From assembly GCA_964016885.1 (NCBI GenBank), contig OZ024741.1, forward strand, positions 14,818,001 to 14,882,000: a DNA stretch of 64,000 nucleotides, read 5' to 3'. Shown here piece by piece: positions 1 through 12,821 of this stretch; position 1 is the stretch's first letter; the number at the start of each line of letters is the position of its first letter. The translations under genes were made by a program, and so were the position numbers. The DNA is from Eledone cirrhosa (Eukaryota). A model generated the notes under the pieces. That model had not been told where the DNA came from and did no database searches. It saw nothing but the letters and a program-made list of their open reading frames with translations.

Positions 1-715
1 GTAAGTCCCACTCAATAATTCAGTCAATCTCACCTAAAAACTTATTACCTCTCATTCAATAATCATCTAAGTCTCACTCAATAATTCGCTTAGTTTCACT
101 CAATATTTTACTAATTACTACTCGATATTTTGTTAGGTCTCTATCAATATTCATTAAGTCTCAATCAATAATTCACTAAACTCCACTCACTAATACGTTG
201 TCACACTCAGTGCTTTCGTATATTTCACTCAATAACTTACCAAGTCTCGCTTAATAACACACTCATTCAATAACTTTTTACGTCTCACTCAACACTTCCC
301 TAAATATCACTCAATAATCCACTAAGTCATACTCAGTAATTCACAAAGTTACACTCAATAAATTCCACAAATCACACTCAACCAACCCACCAAGTGACAC
401 CCAGGAAGTCTCTAAGTCCCACTCAACCAAGCTACCAAGTGACACTCAGTAACTCTCTAAGTCACACTCTACCAATCCAGCATGTGACACTCAGTAACTC
501 TCTTAGTTTCACTCAACTGAGCCACAATTTGACGCTCAGAAACTCTCTATGTCCCACTCAACCAAGTGACACTCAGTAAGTCTCTAAGTCTCAATCAACC
601 AAGCCACCAAGTAACACTCAGTAACTATCCAAAGTCCCACTCAACAAAGCTACCAAGTGACACTCAGTAACTCTCTAAGTCCCACTCATCCAAGTGACAC
701 TCAGCTATCTAAGTC
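1..715. repeat. Degenerate minisatellite (about 21/43-bp unit, gtgacactcagtaactctctaagtcccactcaaccaa)
   Basis: cactcaRtaa...taagtc recurs throughout; units are best preserved at about 380-715. Confidence 0.75.
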
Positions 716-847
716 ATTATTTACTCTACTTTCACTTTTATATTTAAAGTGCTACCATATTTCTGTTACATTCTATTTTAATCCATGTTTTATTTGGTGC
801 TTCTTATTATTTTCATTATTTTATTGTCGTCGTCGTCGTCGTCGTCG

Positions 848-879
<32 letters not shown>

Positions 880-1236
880 GGTGGTGTTGTTGTTGTTATT
901 GTTTTTGTTGTTGTTGTTGTCGGTATTGTTGTCGGTATTGATGTTATTATTGTGTTGTTGCTATGGTTATTATTGTTGTTATTTTAATTAATCCCATCAA
1001 TTTCGTTTCCAGCCTCTTTTCCCCGCATATTCCTCCCACTTCCTGTCATCAGATCCACCTCCAGACAACCTTACACTCACACACACACTCTCTCTCACAT
1101 ACACACACACACACTCTCGCTCTCACATACACACACATACACACACACACACACTATCTCGCTCTCACACACACACAACCACACAATGTCTTTCTCTTTC
1201 TCCGTCCATGCATATATATGTATATTTATATCATAT

Positions 1237-1295
<59 letters not shown>

Positions 1296-1478
1296 CATAC
1301 ATATTTATATTATATTATACACACTCACACACACACGCATTCACATATATACGTATATATATATATAAACATATATATATATATAAACATATATATATAT
1401 ATAAACATATATATATGTATAATATAAATCTATCATCTAACCCATGCTAGCATGGAAACATGGCCGTAAAACGACGAT

Positions 1479-1640
<162 letters not shown>

Positions 1641-1643
1641 TAT

Positions 1644-1712
<69 letters not shown>

Positions 1713-1749
1713 ACTTCCTCGTCTGTTGTGTTTTTTCCGTTTACTTATC

Positions 1750-2883
1750 GCGTATACATATTTATATATGTGTGTGTGTGTGTCTGTGTGTGTGTGTGTG
1801 TCGGCGTGTCAGTGTGGGTCTGTGTGTCAGTGTGTGTGTGTCAGTGTGTGTGTGTATGTGTGTCAGTGTCTGTGTGTCAGTGTGTGTGTTTCAGTGTCTG
1901 TGTGTCAGTGTAAGTGTGTAAGTGTGTGTGTGTCAATGTGTGTGTGTGTCAGTGTGTATGTGTCAGTGTGTGTGTCAGTGTGTGTGTGTCAATCTCTATG
2001 TGTCAGTGTGTTTGTGTCAGTGTGTGTGTGTGTCTGTGTGTCAGTGTATGTGTGTCAGTGTGTGTGTGTCTGTGTGTGTTTGTATGTCAGTGTGTGTGTG
2101 TCAGTGTGTGTGTGTCAGTGTGTGTGTGTCAGTGTGTGTGTGTCAGTGTGTGTGTGTCAGTGTGTATGTGTCAGTGTGTGTGTGTCAGTGTGTGTCAGTG
2201 TGCGTGTGTCAGTGTGTATGTGTCAGTGTGCGTGTGTCAGTGTGTATGTGTCAGTGTGCGTGTGTCAGTGTGTGTGTGTGTCAATGTGTGTGAGTCAGTG
2301 TGTATGTGTCAGTGTGTGTGTGAGTCAGTGTGTATGTGTCAGTGTGTGTGTGTGTCAATGTGTGTGAGTGAGTGTGTATGTGTCAGTGTGTGTGTGTGTG
2401 TCAATGTGTGTGAGTCAGTGTGTATGTGTCAGTGTGTGTGTGTGTGTGTGTGTGAGTGAGTGTGTATGTGTCAGTGTCTGTGTGTGTCAATGTGTGTGAG
2501 TGAGTGTGTATGTGTCAGTGTGTGTGTGTGTCAATGTGTGTGAGTGAGTGTGTATGTGTCAGTGTGTGTGTGTGTCAATGTGTGTGAGTGAGTGTGTATG
2601 TGTCAGTGTGTGTGTGTGGCAATGTGTGTGAGTGAGTGTGTATGTGTCAGTGTGTGTGTGTGTCAATGTGTGTGAGTGAGTGTGTATGTGTCAGTGTGTG
2701 TGTGTGTCAATGTGTGTGAGTGAGTGTGTATGTGTCAGTGTGTGTGTGTGTCAATGTGTGTGAGTCAGTGTGTATGTGTCAGTGTGTGTGTGTGTCAATG
2801 TGTGTGAGTGAGTGTGTATGTGTCAGTGTGTGTGTGTGTCAATGTGTGTGAGTCAGTGTGTATGTGTCAGTGTGTGTGTGTGT
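1750..2883. repeat. (TG)n-derived compound satellite with tcag/tcaa interruptions
   Basis: Direct reading; higher-order unit of about 40 bp in the distal half. Confidence 0.9.
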
Positions 2884-3464
2884 TTATATATACGCAAGTA
2901 CAAACAAACATGTTCTCTCGCCTCAATCTCTCTCAATATCTTTTTCTCCTTTACCCCCCCCCCCGCCTCCTCTCTCTCACTCACTCTCTCTCACTCTCCC
3001 TCTCTCTCTTTCTTACTCTCAACTATTTCTCTCTCTCTCTCCCCCCTCTCTCTCTCTATCTCTCTCTCTATATATCTCTCTCTCTCTACTCAATTATCCC
3101 CTCCTCCACACCCTCGGTCTTGTTATGTTCAATTTCCTCTCTCTCTCTCTCTCTTCCTCATACACTCTCTCTCCCTCTCCCCCTATCACATCCTCATGTT
3201 GTCCATCTCCCTATATCCCTATCTCTTCCTCATACTCTCTGTCTCTCCCTCTCTCCTCATCATCCTCCCACTCTCTCTCTATCCCTACTCTCCCCACTCT
3301 CCCTATTGTTATATTGTCATTCCTTCACTAAATTCATTCAATAAATGATTTCTCCCCAGTTTTTAATTTTACTTTTTTAATATTCCGCCATTTTACTTTC
3401 TTTTTTTTTTCATCTACTCTTTCTTTCTTTCTTTCACTTATTTATTTAACATGCACTCTTTCAT

Positions 3465-3494
<30 letters not shown>

Positions 3495-3496
<2 letters not shown>

Positions 3497-3659
3497 GGAA
3501 AAAGTATGACCCCGACGGCAGAGCTCAAGCCGTTTCGACGGCTATTTCTGGACTACTGCCGCCGGGGTCATACTTTTTCCTATTTCCCACTCTACTACCC
3601 TAAGTATTGAGTTCTCTGGTGCGTTATGGTCCATCTGGTTCCTTACCACAATTCCTTTG

Positions 3660-3662
<3 letters not shown>
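3495..3662 (+). mobile_element. Family 1 fold-back half-hammerhead element in (TA)n
   Basis: Short arm taggaaaaagtatgaccccgacggc... followed by a partly deleted inverted long arm and an about 80-nt tail; (TA)n on both sides; 13 copies or fragments in the window. Confidence 0.85.
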
Positions 3663-3726
<64 letters not shown>

Positions 3727-3731
<5 letters not shown>

Positions 3732-4709
3732 ATACTTGGGGAGGGTCGTATTTGTGTAATATTGCCAGAATTAATAACAGAACACACTCACTGTTTGGTT
3801 GGTTTTCGCTTTTCGCTTCTGTGTCTTTTATATCGGTAATCAAATTTATGCGGTCCTCAATGTGGCCATTGACTGACCAACGGTCAAAAATAATACAGAT
3901 ACAATATAGACACAAACACATATATATAGGTTATCAAAGTTCTTTCGTTGCACATCTGCAACATCGTCAGTGGTGCTATAGATTACACCCGTTGCATTGT
4001 ATTTCTACGCCATCTTTATTTAGTCTGTTTATATATTTATTTATAATAATATCTAAACATAGAAATGACCCATCAGATAGTCAAATCAGAGAGTCCAGTG
4101 AAATAGAACTTAGAAGGCCAAGACTAAACAGAAAGAATGAATGGAATAACAACACCCAAACAAACAACACTGACCTAAGAGAAGTATAAATAAATAGATA
4201 ATTAAATAAATAAATAAATACATACACAAGCACAATAACAACAAACATATATAAACACACACTAGTAAACATAGAACACATTAACCAATACACAGTCACC
4301 CAATCACGAACACACTTCAAACAAAACACTATACACACACGCAAACGCACGCGCAAAGAAGACAAAATAAAATAAACAAACAAACAAATAAATAAATAAA
4401 TATATAAACAGACTAAATAAAGATGGCGTAGAAATACAATGCAACGGGAGGAATCTATAGCACCACTGACGATGTTGCAGATGTGCAACGAAAGAACTTT
4501 GATAAACTATATATATGTGTTTGTGTCTATATTGTATATGTATTATTTTTGACCGTTGGTCAGTCAATGGCAACATTGAGGACCGCATAAATTTGATTAC
4601 CGATATAAAAGACACAGAAGCGAAAAGCGAAAACCAACCAAACAGTGAGTGTGTTCTGTTATTAATTCTGGCAATATTACACAAATATGACCCTCCCCAA
4701 GTATAACAA
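3727..4709 (+). mobile_element. Penelope-like element 3' end (GIY-YIG C-terminus plus 3' region) preceded by an inverted copy of its own 3' end
   Basis: 3727-4044 is the reverse complement of about 4391-4709; 4045-4189 reads IISKHRNDPSDSQIRESSEIELRRPRLNRKNEW; same family as 24728-25955; hammerhead-like CTGACGA-gttgca/tgcaac-GAAA near 4466-4493. Confidence 0.8.
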
Positions 4710-4765
4710 TATTTGTTTCGACACACGATTTCATATAAAAAACCTCGCAAAACTATATATATATA

Positions 4766-4800
<35 letters not shown>

Positions 4801-4883
4801 GCATATATATATACATATATGTGTATATATATACATATATGTGCATATATATATACATATACATATATATATATGTACATATA

Positions 4884-5013
<130 letters not shown>

Positions 5014-5102
5014 ATGAAAGAGTGCATGTTAAATAATATATATATATATATATACATGCTTTATATATACATATATATGTACCCAAAAACACACACACAC
5101 AG

Positions 5103-5183
<81 letters not shown>

Positions 5184-5421
5184 TATATATATATATATAA
5201 GTGGTAATTCTATTCATTATGTGCCGTTTCATGCCAACCAACACTAAAAACTCCAACACAACCACCCCCAACACCTTGCTCCGACTCTCCCTTCACAACT
5301 CTTCTTCTATATCTCCCACCCTCCCTATCATCTCTTACCGCCATTTAAACACTCCACATTTCACCGTCAATTGCTCTCCACATCTCCACCGCCACCAGCT
5401 TTCTATCTCCACCTCTCCTCC

Positions 5422-5497
<76 letters not shown>

Positions 5498-6024
5498 ACC
5501 TCACCTATTAGTCTCTCCGCTTCAACGAATCACTAAACACCCCTTGCTTGTTTCCTCTCGCTATTTCAAACTTTTTCCATTTAAACAAACCCTCATTCAA
5601 TTCTCTCTTCCTCAATTCCTCTCTCTCAAACTCTCTCTCTCTCTTTATCTCTCTGTGATTCTCTCTTTCTTTCTCTTTTACTTTCTCTCTCCATCTATCT
5701 CATTCTGTTTCTCCCTTCTTTTTTTTTGTCCCTTCTCTAGCTAACTTTCTCTTCTCTCTCTTACATTTCATAATTTCTCACCTCCCTCCTTTCTTTTGCT
5801 CAGCCTCCCCCCTCTCTCTCGTTCTCTATCTACCTATCTCTCTAACAATCTTCCTATCTTTCTTTCTCTCCGTCTTCCAACTCCCACTTTTGTTTTCCTC
5901 CGAGCTAATCCTTTGTTGGTTTATTACATTTTTCTTGTGCTTGTTATTATTATTGTTGTTGCTGTTGTTGTTGTTGTTCTTGTTCTTGTTTCGGAACCTC
6001 GGGTTTGCTGGAAGGGAAAAGCCG

Positions 6025-6524
6025 ATTAAGTTTACTTCACCGACCCTAATACATAACTGGTACTTTACTTTATCGACTCTGAAAAGATTAAAGGCGGGCA
6101 ATTTTCGAACATAATAAGTCGCGTGTAAATACCGACGGTACAGTGTAGGAGGTTTCTAATTTAGAGCCATGGCCACCAGTTCGAGGGAAGAGGAAAGGCT
6201 ATTATATCTACCAAAGAACTTGACTGGTATTTTATTTTATCATTTCCGAAGGTTAAAAGTCAAATTCGACCTCCGTGGGATTTGAATTAAGTATGTAAAG
6301 AGATATAACTAAATCGCGAGGTTTTAAAGCCAGAAATTAGGGAATTATACTATTAATTCCAGCCCCTGTATTCCAATACTAAGGATTTTATCAAAGGTTG
6401 CACATATATCAGATTTTTTTTAGATACAAATGAAAGAAGTAATAATAATTATTGTAATGAATAATAGAAAAGAAAAGAATAATGATGGCGAAGATGTTGA
6501 TGATGATAATAATAATAATAATCT

Positions 6525-6567
<43 letters not shown>

Positions 6568-6955
6568 AGTAATAATAATAATCTTATGGTTGCAATGGTC
6601 CCAAACGTTAGGGAAATACAAAGACGAAATAGAAAAGAAAGCAATACATAAAAAAGTGTGTAATTTACACTGAGATGGTGAGATCTACACAAGCCATGCA
6701 GACACATTAACTAAATAGATAATACTAAATAGCAATAGCAGTATAGAACATTATAACACATTAACAGATCAATAACAATAGTTAGCAATAGGTGTATAGA
6801 ACAATATCAATATTAATGGTTTCGACTCCGTAAGGATGAAAGGCAAAAAGTAATCTCTGCGGGATTTGAACTCAGAACGGGAAAGTGACATGAACTCTAT
6901 GCTGCAAAACATAATGTCCGACGCTCTACCGATATTGCCAATCCACCACGCGGTA
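6025..6955 (-). mobile_element. Three degraded fragments of a tRNA-derived SINE (Meta-like core) at about 6025-6110, 6200-6310 and 6815-6955
   Basis: Share ctggtactt..tttatcgac..cg.aaggatgaaaggcaaagt..acctc.gcgggatttgaactcag with 20818-20970 and 42078-42210; minus strand has B-box-like gagttcaaatcc. Confidence 0.6.
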
Positions 6956-7281
6956 TTAATTGATAATAATAAATAACATGAATAGAATAGCACAACGTAA
7001 CACAAAAAGAGAACTCCAAAATGAGGCCAATCACAAAGGGTGACTCAGAGCACCCCTAGACAAAGATTAGCCTGACACACGAAGTTAGTTCATGCCACCA
7101 AACTAGGGATGCATAATTAGAATGAGTATATTGAGATGTATATGTGAGATCAAGTGTTTTCTTTCTCTGCCGCACGCGTTTCAGAAGATGGGAGTTCGGA
7201 ACAAAACATGTCACAGTTCTGCCAACTTATATAGATTCTACCAACCCTCAGCTATTTATTTGACAAATACTTTTCTATTAT

Positions 7282-7745
7282 AATTCTACCAATGCACCAC
7301 CATTTTATCTTTCACTCTGTACAGTCTACCAATTCATTATCATTTTGTCTGTCACTCTATTAATTCTACCAATAGCTGCCATATTGTCTCTCATTTCATC
7401 TAATCTACAATCCACCGCCATTTTGTCTGACACTCTATTAATTCTACCAATAGCTGCCATCTTGTCTATCACTTTACCTAATCTACAATCCACCGCCATT
7501 TTGTATGTCACTCTATTAATTCTACCAATAGCTGCCATCTGGTCTCTCACTTTACCCAATCTACAATCCACCGCCATTTTGTCTGTCACTCTATCAATTC
7601 TACCAGCGATCACCATTTTGCTAATCACCGACACCAATTCTACCAATGACCACCATCTTGTCAGTTATTCAATCAATTCTACCAACACACAACCATCTTG
7701 TTAGTAACTTTACCCAGTTTATAGTCCAACGCCATTTTGTCTGAC
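7282..7745. repeat. 78-bp dimeric minisatellite (two diverged 39-bp subunits)
   Basis: ctattaattctaccaatagctgccat recurs at about 78-bp spacing; ccattttgtc at about 39-bp spacing. Confidence 0.85.
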
Positions 7746-8562
7746 GTTCTCACGTTGAGTTGGCGAGATTGATAAAGGACGGGCAGCTATATGGTATTTA
7801 ATTCGGCTGTATGTTGTGAGTTCGAATCCCAACTTTGTCTGCCAGGAATATGGAAGACAGATGATACCAGTAATGGAAACACCGTAGGAAACATTGTTTC
7901 CTTGGTCCGATCTAACGGACAGCTTTTAAAAAGTGTTAGATTTGATGATGGCGGTGGGGGTAGTAAATTGGTTATATTGGATAGAGAGGGAGGGGAGGGG
8001 GACTAAATAAAGGAAAGAGAGAAAAAAAGAGTTCACAAAAAGAAAGGATGAGAATGAGGAGGAGAGAGAGAGAAAGGTGTGTATCATCAATAGAAAGACA
8101 AATGGAAACATTGTTCACTTGGTTCAATATGAAGACTGGCTCCTTTTTGTTACCAATTCTACTAACACACCATTTTCTACTTCGTGTAATATCGATTGGT
8201 TTTATGAGATAAAGTTCACCAACACATAGAAGAGAAGAAGATTGCGGCTATGTGGCGTTCATGCCCTTCTTTTACTGGGTCAACCACTGTTGACGAGTGA
8301 TATAATGGTTAGAGACTTGAAGGTGGTAGGGGTGTAATTAGGGCAAGGAGGACTGAGTGGGAGAGGGAAGGGTCTACATATTAGGAAAAAGTGAGAGGGG
8401 ATTGAGAAACAGAGAGGGGTTGAGAAAGGAAGTGAGAGAGATAGCAAGAGAGAAATTGGAGAGGGAGAGAGAGAGATTGGTTGAATAAATGTGAGTGACA
8501 GAGGTAGAAAAGAGACAGTGAAAGAGTTGTTCATTAGGTCTGAACGATAGATAGATAGATAT

Positions 8563-8611
<49 letters not shown>

Positions 8612-8612
<1 letters not shown>

Positions 8613-9859
8613 TTCTTTATTTGCCACAAGGGCGCACAAGAAAAGGGGACAATACAAAGACACATGCCGGTGATTTTACATACAATCGTGTAAAAATATT
8701 GAAACAAACAATTATAACAATCGAAATCCCCAATAGTGGGGGAGGCGTCACAAATAGGTTGTTTAATACCCCGTCGATAGAACAATCCTCAACTCCAGGA
8801 GCGTGTTGTGCAAGTGCTCCCTTCTTCCTTTTGTTCTCTTCTTTAACCTACAGGCTTATAAACAGAGAAGGCCCAATCACTCGGGCCATTTTCAATTCAT
8901 TCACCCACCTTTCAGTAAATTTACTGGGGTGCAGTGCCTCTCTCTCCACCTTGATTCTCCTTCTAAAGTGATACCTAAAGAAGGGAATGATTTCTTGTCC
9001 GGAGAGAAAGACATCTGTCCTCAGTCCTCTCAATCTCGTCCACCATATTACCTCTTTCACCATAGCCACTGTACAGAGGAAAACCGCCTCTCTTTCGTTT
9101 TTGAAAGAGGCTGGTGGTTTGATCCTTACTATAGACTCGGCAGTCAACTGGATTTGTCCCATACGCGACAGCAGTTGTTCTCCATAGTTCCACAGGTCGC
9201 TTACGCCCGGGCAGTGTACAATTGCGTGCAAGACGGTTTCAATGTCCTGCTAGCATCTTGGACACGTCCTCTTGGAAGGATCCCTGCCGGGCGTCCGTGC
9301 CTGTAGATCTTATCTCGAACGGGTAGAGCTCCTCGGTAGCACTACCAGGCCTGGGAGCTCTGGAAGTTGTCCATAGGTCCCGGGCGGAAAGTCCTACCGA
9401 ACAGGCTGGTGAGATCGTCGTCTTCGACGCCTAGAGTCTCCCCGAGCACGTCGTCGCACTTGTAGAGTACTATCCCTCTATAGAATGTCGAAGTGGAGTC
9501 TCCACGGATTGCTATGCCCACTTGACAGAGGAGTGTGAGCGCCTGGAGGCATTCAATGTGCCAGGCGCCCATCTTCTTCGGTCTTCGCTTCACCCAGGGC
9601 TGCAGCTCCGTCAGCGAGACAAGTTGTGGGAAGGCCTGCCTCACAAACGGTGCCCACACCGGTTGGTCGGTGAGGAATACCTGGAGATTCCGTAGCCTGA
9701 GCGCATGTTTGCGCATCATTAGCTACGGCATGCCCAGCCCTCCGTTGGAAGGGTGTTGACAGCAGACGCATCTCCTCACCAGTGGAGCCTGCTTCTTCCA
9801 CAGGAACTGGAAGAGCATGCGTTCCATCTTGGTGAGGTATTTACGGGGACAAGGCACGA
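8612..9859 (-). mobile_element. Tx1/L1-type LINE copy A, 5'-truncated (ORF2 C-terminal region plus 3' UTR), disrupted
   Basis: Minus-strand ORFs 9342-9719 and 8848-9231 align by eye with copy B (MMRKHALRLR.LQVFLT, GPMDNFQ.S.AW, IKPPA.FKNE.EAVFLC..AM.KEV.W); in-frame stop and frameshift; (GATA)n on both sides. Confidence 0.85.
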
Positions 9860-9874
9860 TAGATAGATAGATAT

Positions 9875-12461
9875 GTTTCTATTTATTGCCACGAGGGCGC
9901 AAAAGAAGGGGACAAATACAAAGGGGTGAGTTTACACAAAAGAACGAGTAAAAAAACAAATAACAAATATAAAATTAACAATAAAGACCTCAATAGGGAG
10001 GAAGAGTTTTGGGGGGCCGCACACACCTCCGAAAAAGTGTGCAACCTTCTCCTCAGAGGCACAGAGAGAGGCTGCTCCCTTGTTCTTCCATCTTTTTCAC
10101 CTACAGGCTGATATAGAGACAAGGCCCATTCACTCGAGTCATTCTCGCCACTTTCACCTACCTTTCATAAAACTTGCTGGGGTACAGCACCTCTCTCTCC
10201 ATCCTGATTCTTCTTCTAAAGTAGTATTTGAAAAAAAGAATCAGTTGATGGCCGGAGAGAAAGGTGTCTGACCTCAGCCCTTTTAACCTCGTCTACCATA
10301 CAACCTCTTTCGCCATAGCTATCACACAAAGGAAAACCGCCTCTCCTTCGTTTTTGAAGAAGGCTGGCGGTTTGATCATGACAATGGACACGGTGGTCAA
10401 CCGGATAGGTCCCACACGTGACAGGAGTCGTTCGACATAACCCCACAGATCGGCGACGCCCGGGAAGTGTACCAATGCATGCGTGACGGTTTCCTCGTCG
10501 CGCACGCATCTGGGACAGATCTTTTTCGAGGGGTCCCTACCCGGGCGCCCGTGTCTGTAGAGCTTTTCTCGAACAGGCAGAGCCCCTCGGTAGCACTGCC
10601 AGGCCAGGGACCTCTGGAAGTTGTCCATGGGTCCCGAGCTAAATGTCCTACCGAACGGGCTGGCCAGTTCGTCTTCCTCCATGCCTAGGGCTTCTCCGAG
10701 GGCGTCGTCGCACCTGCTGCGTACCAGCGCTCTATAGAATGTCGAGGTGGAGAATCCACTGACAGCCGGGTCCGCCTGCAAGAGAGCCGTGAGCGCCTGG
10801 GCATACTCGATGTGCCAGGTGCCCAGTTTTCTCGGTCTTTGCTTGACCCAGGATTGCAGCTCGATGAGTGAGACGAGTCTCGGAAAGGTTCGTCTCACAA
10901 ACGGGGCCCACACCAGTTGACCGGTGAGGAATACCTGGAGGTGCCGTAGCCTTAATGCGTGTTTACGCATCATTAGCCACGACATCCTCAGCCCTCCTTT
11001 CGAAGGGTGTTGACGGCAGATGGATCTCCTCACCAAAAGGGCTCGCTTCTTCCAAAGGAATTGGAAGAGTGCGCGCTCCAATTTGGTGAGCGTTTCCCTT
11101 GGGCAAGGCACGACAGTCAGGCGGTAGTAGATGACGGACGCTATATAAGTGTTCGCCAACTCCGCCCGACCTTTCAGGGATAGTTTGCATCGGCCCACTT
11201 CTGGGTTAGTGCAAATACCCTGTTCGTTACCTCACCCCAATTCTTCTCCACCTGGAGGTCTGGTCCGAACCAGACCCCGAGCAACTTCACCGGGGCCTCC
11301 GTCCAGCGTCCGACGACGCAATCGGAGAGCATCTATTTGCCTCTCCACGTGCCGAATCGCAACCCGATCGACTTGTCCTGGTTCAGGTTAGCCCCTGTAA
11401 ACCTTTCGTACTCCTCCAGTAAGGTGCCGATCGCCCCGATTTCGGAGGCGGTCAACACCATTACTGGTACGTATCGGCGTAGGCCGACACCGCTTTCCGC
11501 AATCCCGGTTCCAAAGGGATGCCCTGCAACAACTCCAACTTCTGCAGCAGTGGCTTGAGGGCCAATACATACAGAAGGGAGGAGAGAGGGCACCCTTGTC
11601 GAATGGACCGCGTGATTTCGAACGGCTCCGGGAGGTATCCGTTCACCTTGACTCTAGAGCAGATGCGGCTGCTGTGCATGGCAGCGATCCAGCCCCTAAA
11701 AACGGGTCCGAAACCTGCCGCCGCTAGCACCGCATCCAGGTAACCATGGTCGACCCTATCGAACGCCTTAGATTGATCCAAGTTGATCAGGGCCCCACCA
11801 AAGCCGGGTTCGTTCCCAACCCTCTCTATAATGTATCGCATAAGGTGGAGGTTGTCGTGGATGGACCTGGACGCGATAGCATATGTCTGCGCATCTCCCA
11901 CGACAAGCGCCAACCTCTTTGCTAACACCTTGGCCAAAATCTTTAACTCTGCATTTAGCAGAGTTATGGGCCTGAAATTACTTATTTCGTCCCCTTGTTC
12001 TCGTCCTTCCTCACTAGCGAGACTACGCCCTTGGTCACAGAACAGGGAATCCCTCCGTTCTGTTGCCAGTTGCAGTAGACCGCCTCGATGAGATCGGGGA
12101 ACAAGTCCGGCATAGCTAGATATAGTTCGTATGGAAGACCATCGATTCCCGGGGATTTGCGTTTGCCGCATTGGCTCAGCACGTCCCCTATCTCAGCAGC
12201 TGAAATCGGCCCCTCGTATGACTTCGCCTCCTCGTCCGAAAGACGCGGCAGGCCGTCGAGGTATGGACCGAAGTCCATATCCCCATCCGGCTCCCGCCCC
12301 TCCCTAGCTATCGGGTAAAGTGCCTTTGAAAGGCCTCACACATCTGCTTAGGTTCAAGGATCACCCGTCCATCCTGGTCTCGCAAAGACCGGATAGTGGA
12401 TCTAATCCCACTTGGTTTCTGTCACGCGGGCCCAGCTAACAACTTTGGTCCCCTCGTTTCC
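9875..12461 (-). mobile_element. Tx1/L1-type LINE copy B, 5'-truncated ORF2 with RT domain and C-terminal zinc motif, frameshifted
   Basis: RT motifs KSPGIDGLPYELY, NFRPITLLNAELKILAKVLAKRL, DQSKAFDRVDH, IRQGCPLSSLLY, AYAD; LSLKGRAELANT; CPRC...ETVTHAL; bounded by (GATA)n. Confidence 0.92.
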
Positions 12462-12470
12462 TAGATAGAC

Positions 12471-12533
<63 letters not shown>

Positions 12534-12619
12534 AAGGAATGAGAAACAAGGAGAAAAATATAAAGAGGTGTGTGAATGAGGGAGAAGGAGTTTGAGAGAG
12601 AAAGGAGAGAGAGAGATAC

Positions 12620-12690
<71 letters not shown>

Positions 12691-12821
12691 CTAAAGGAGT
12701 GGGTGGGGGTGGAAACAAGGGTTTTTTTGTTAAATGGAGACAATGTTTTGCTTTTTGACTGGATGATAAATTATATTGGATGGTGACAGTCCTATTGTTG
12801 TTAAAGTGGTGGTGGTTGTTT

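Noticed and set aside
4458-4510. Hammerhead in the Penelope GIY-YIG family 3' region as an intact ribozyme
   Set aside because: The core and stem II are present, but I could not draw convincing stems I and III in any of the three copies; kept only as hammerhead-like.
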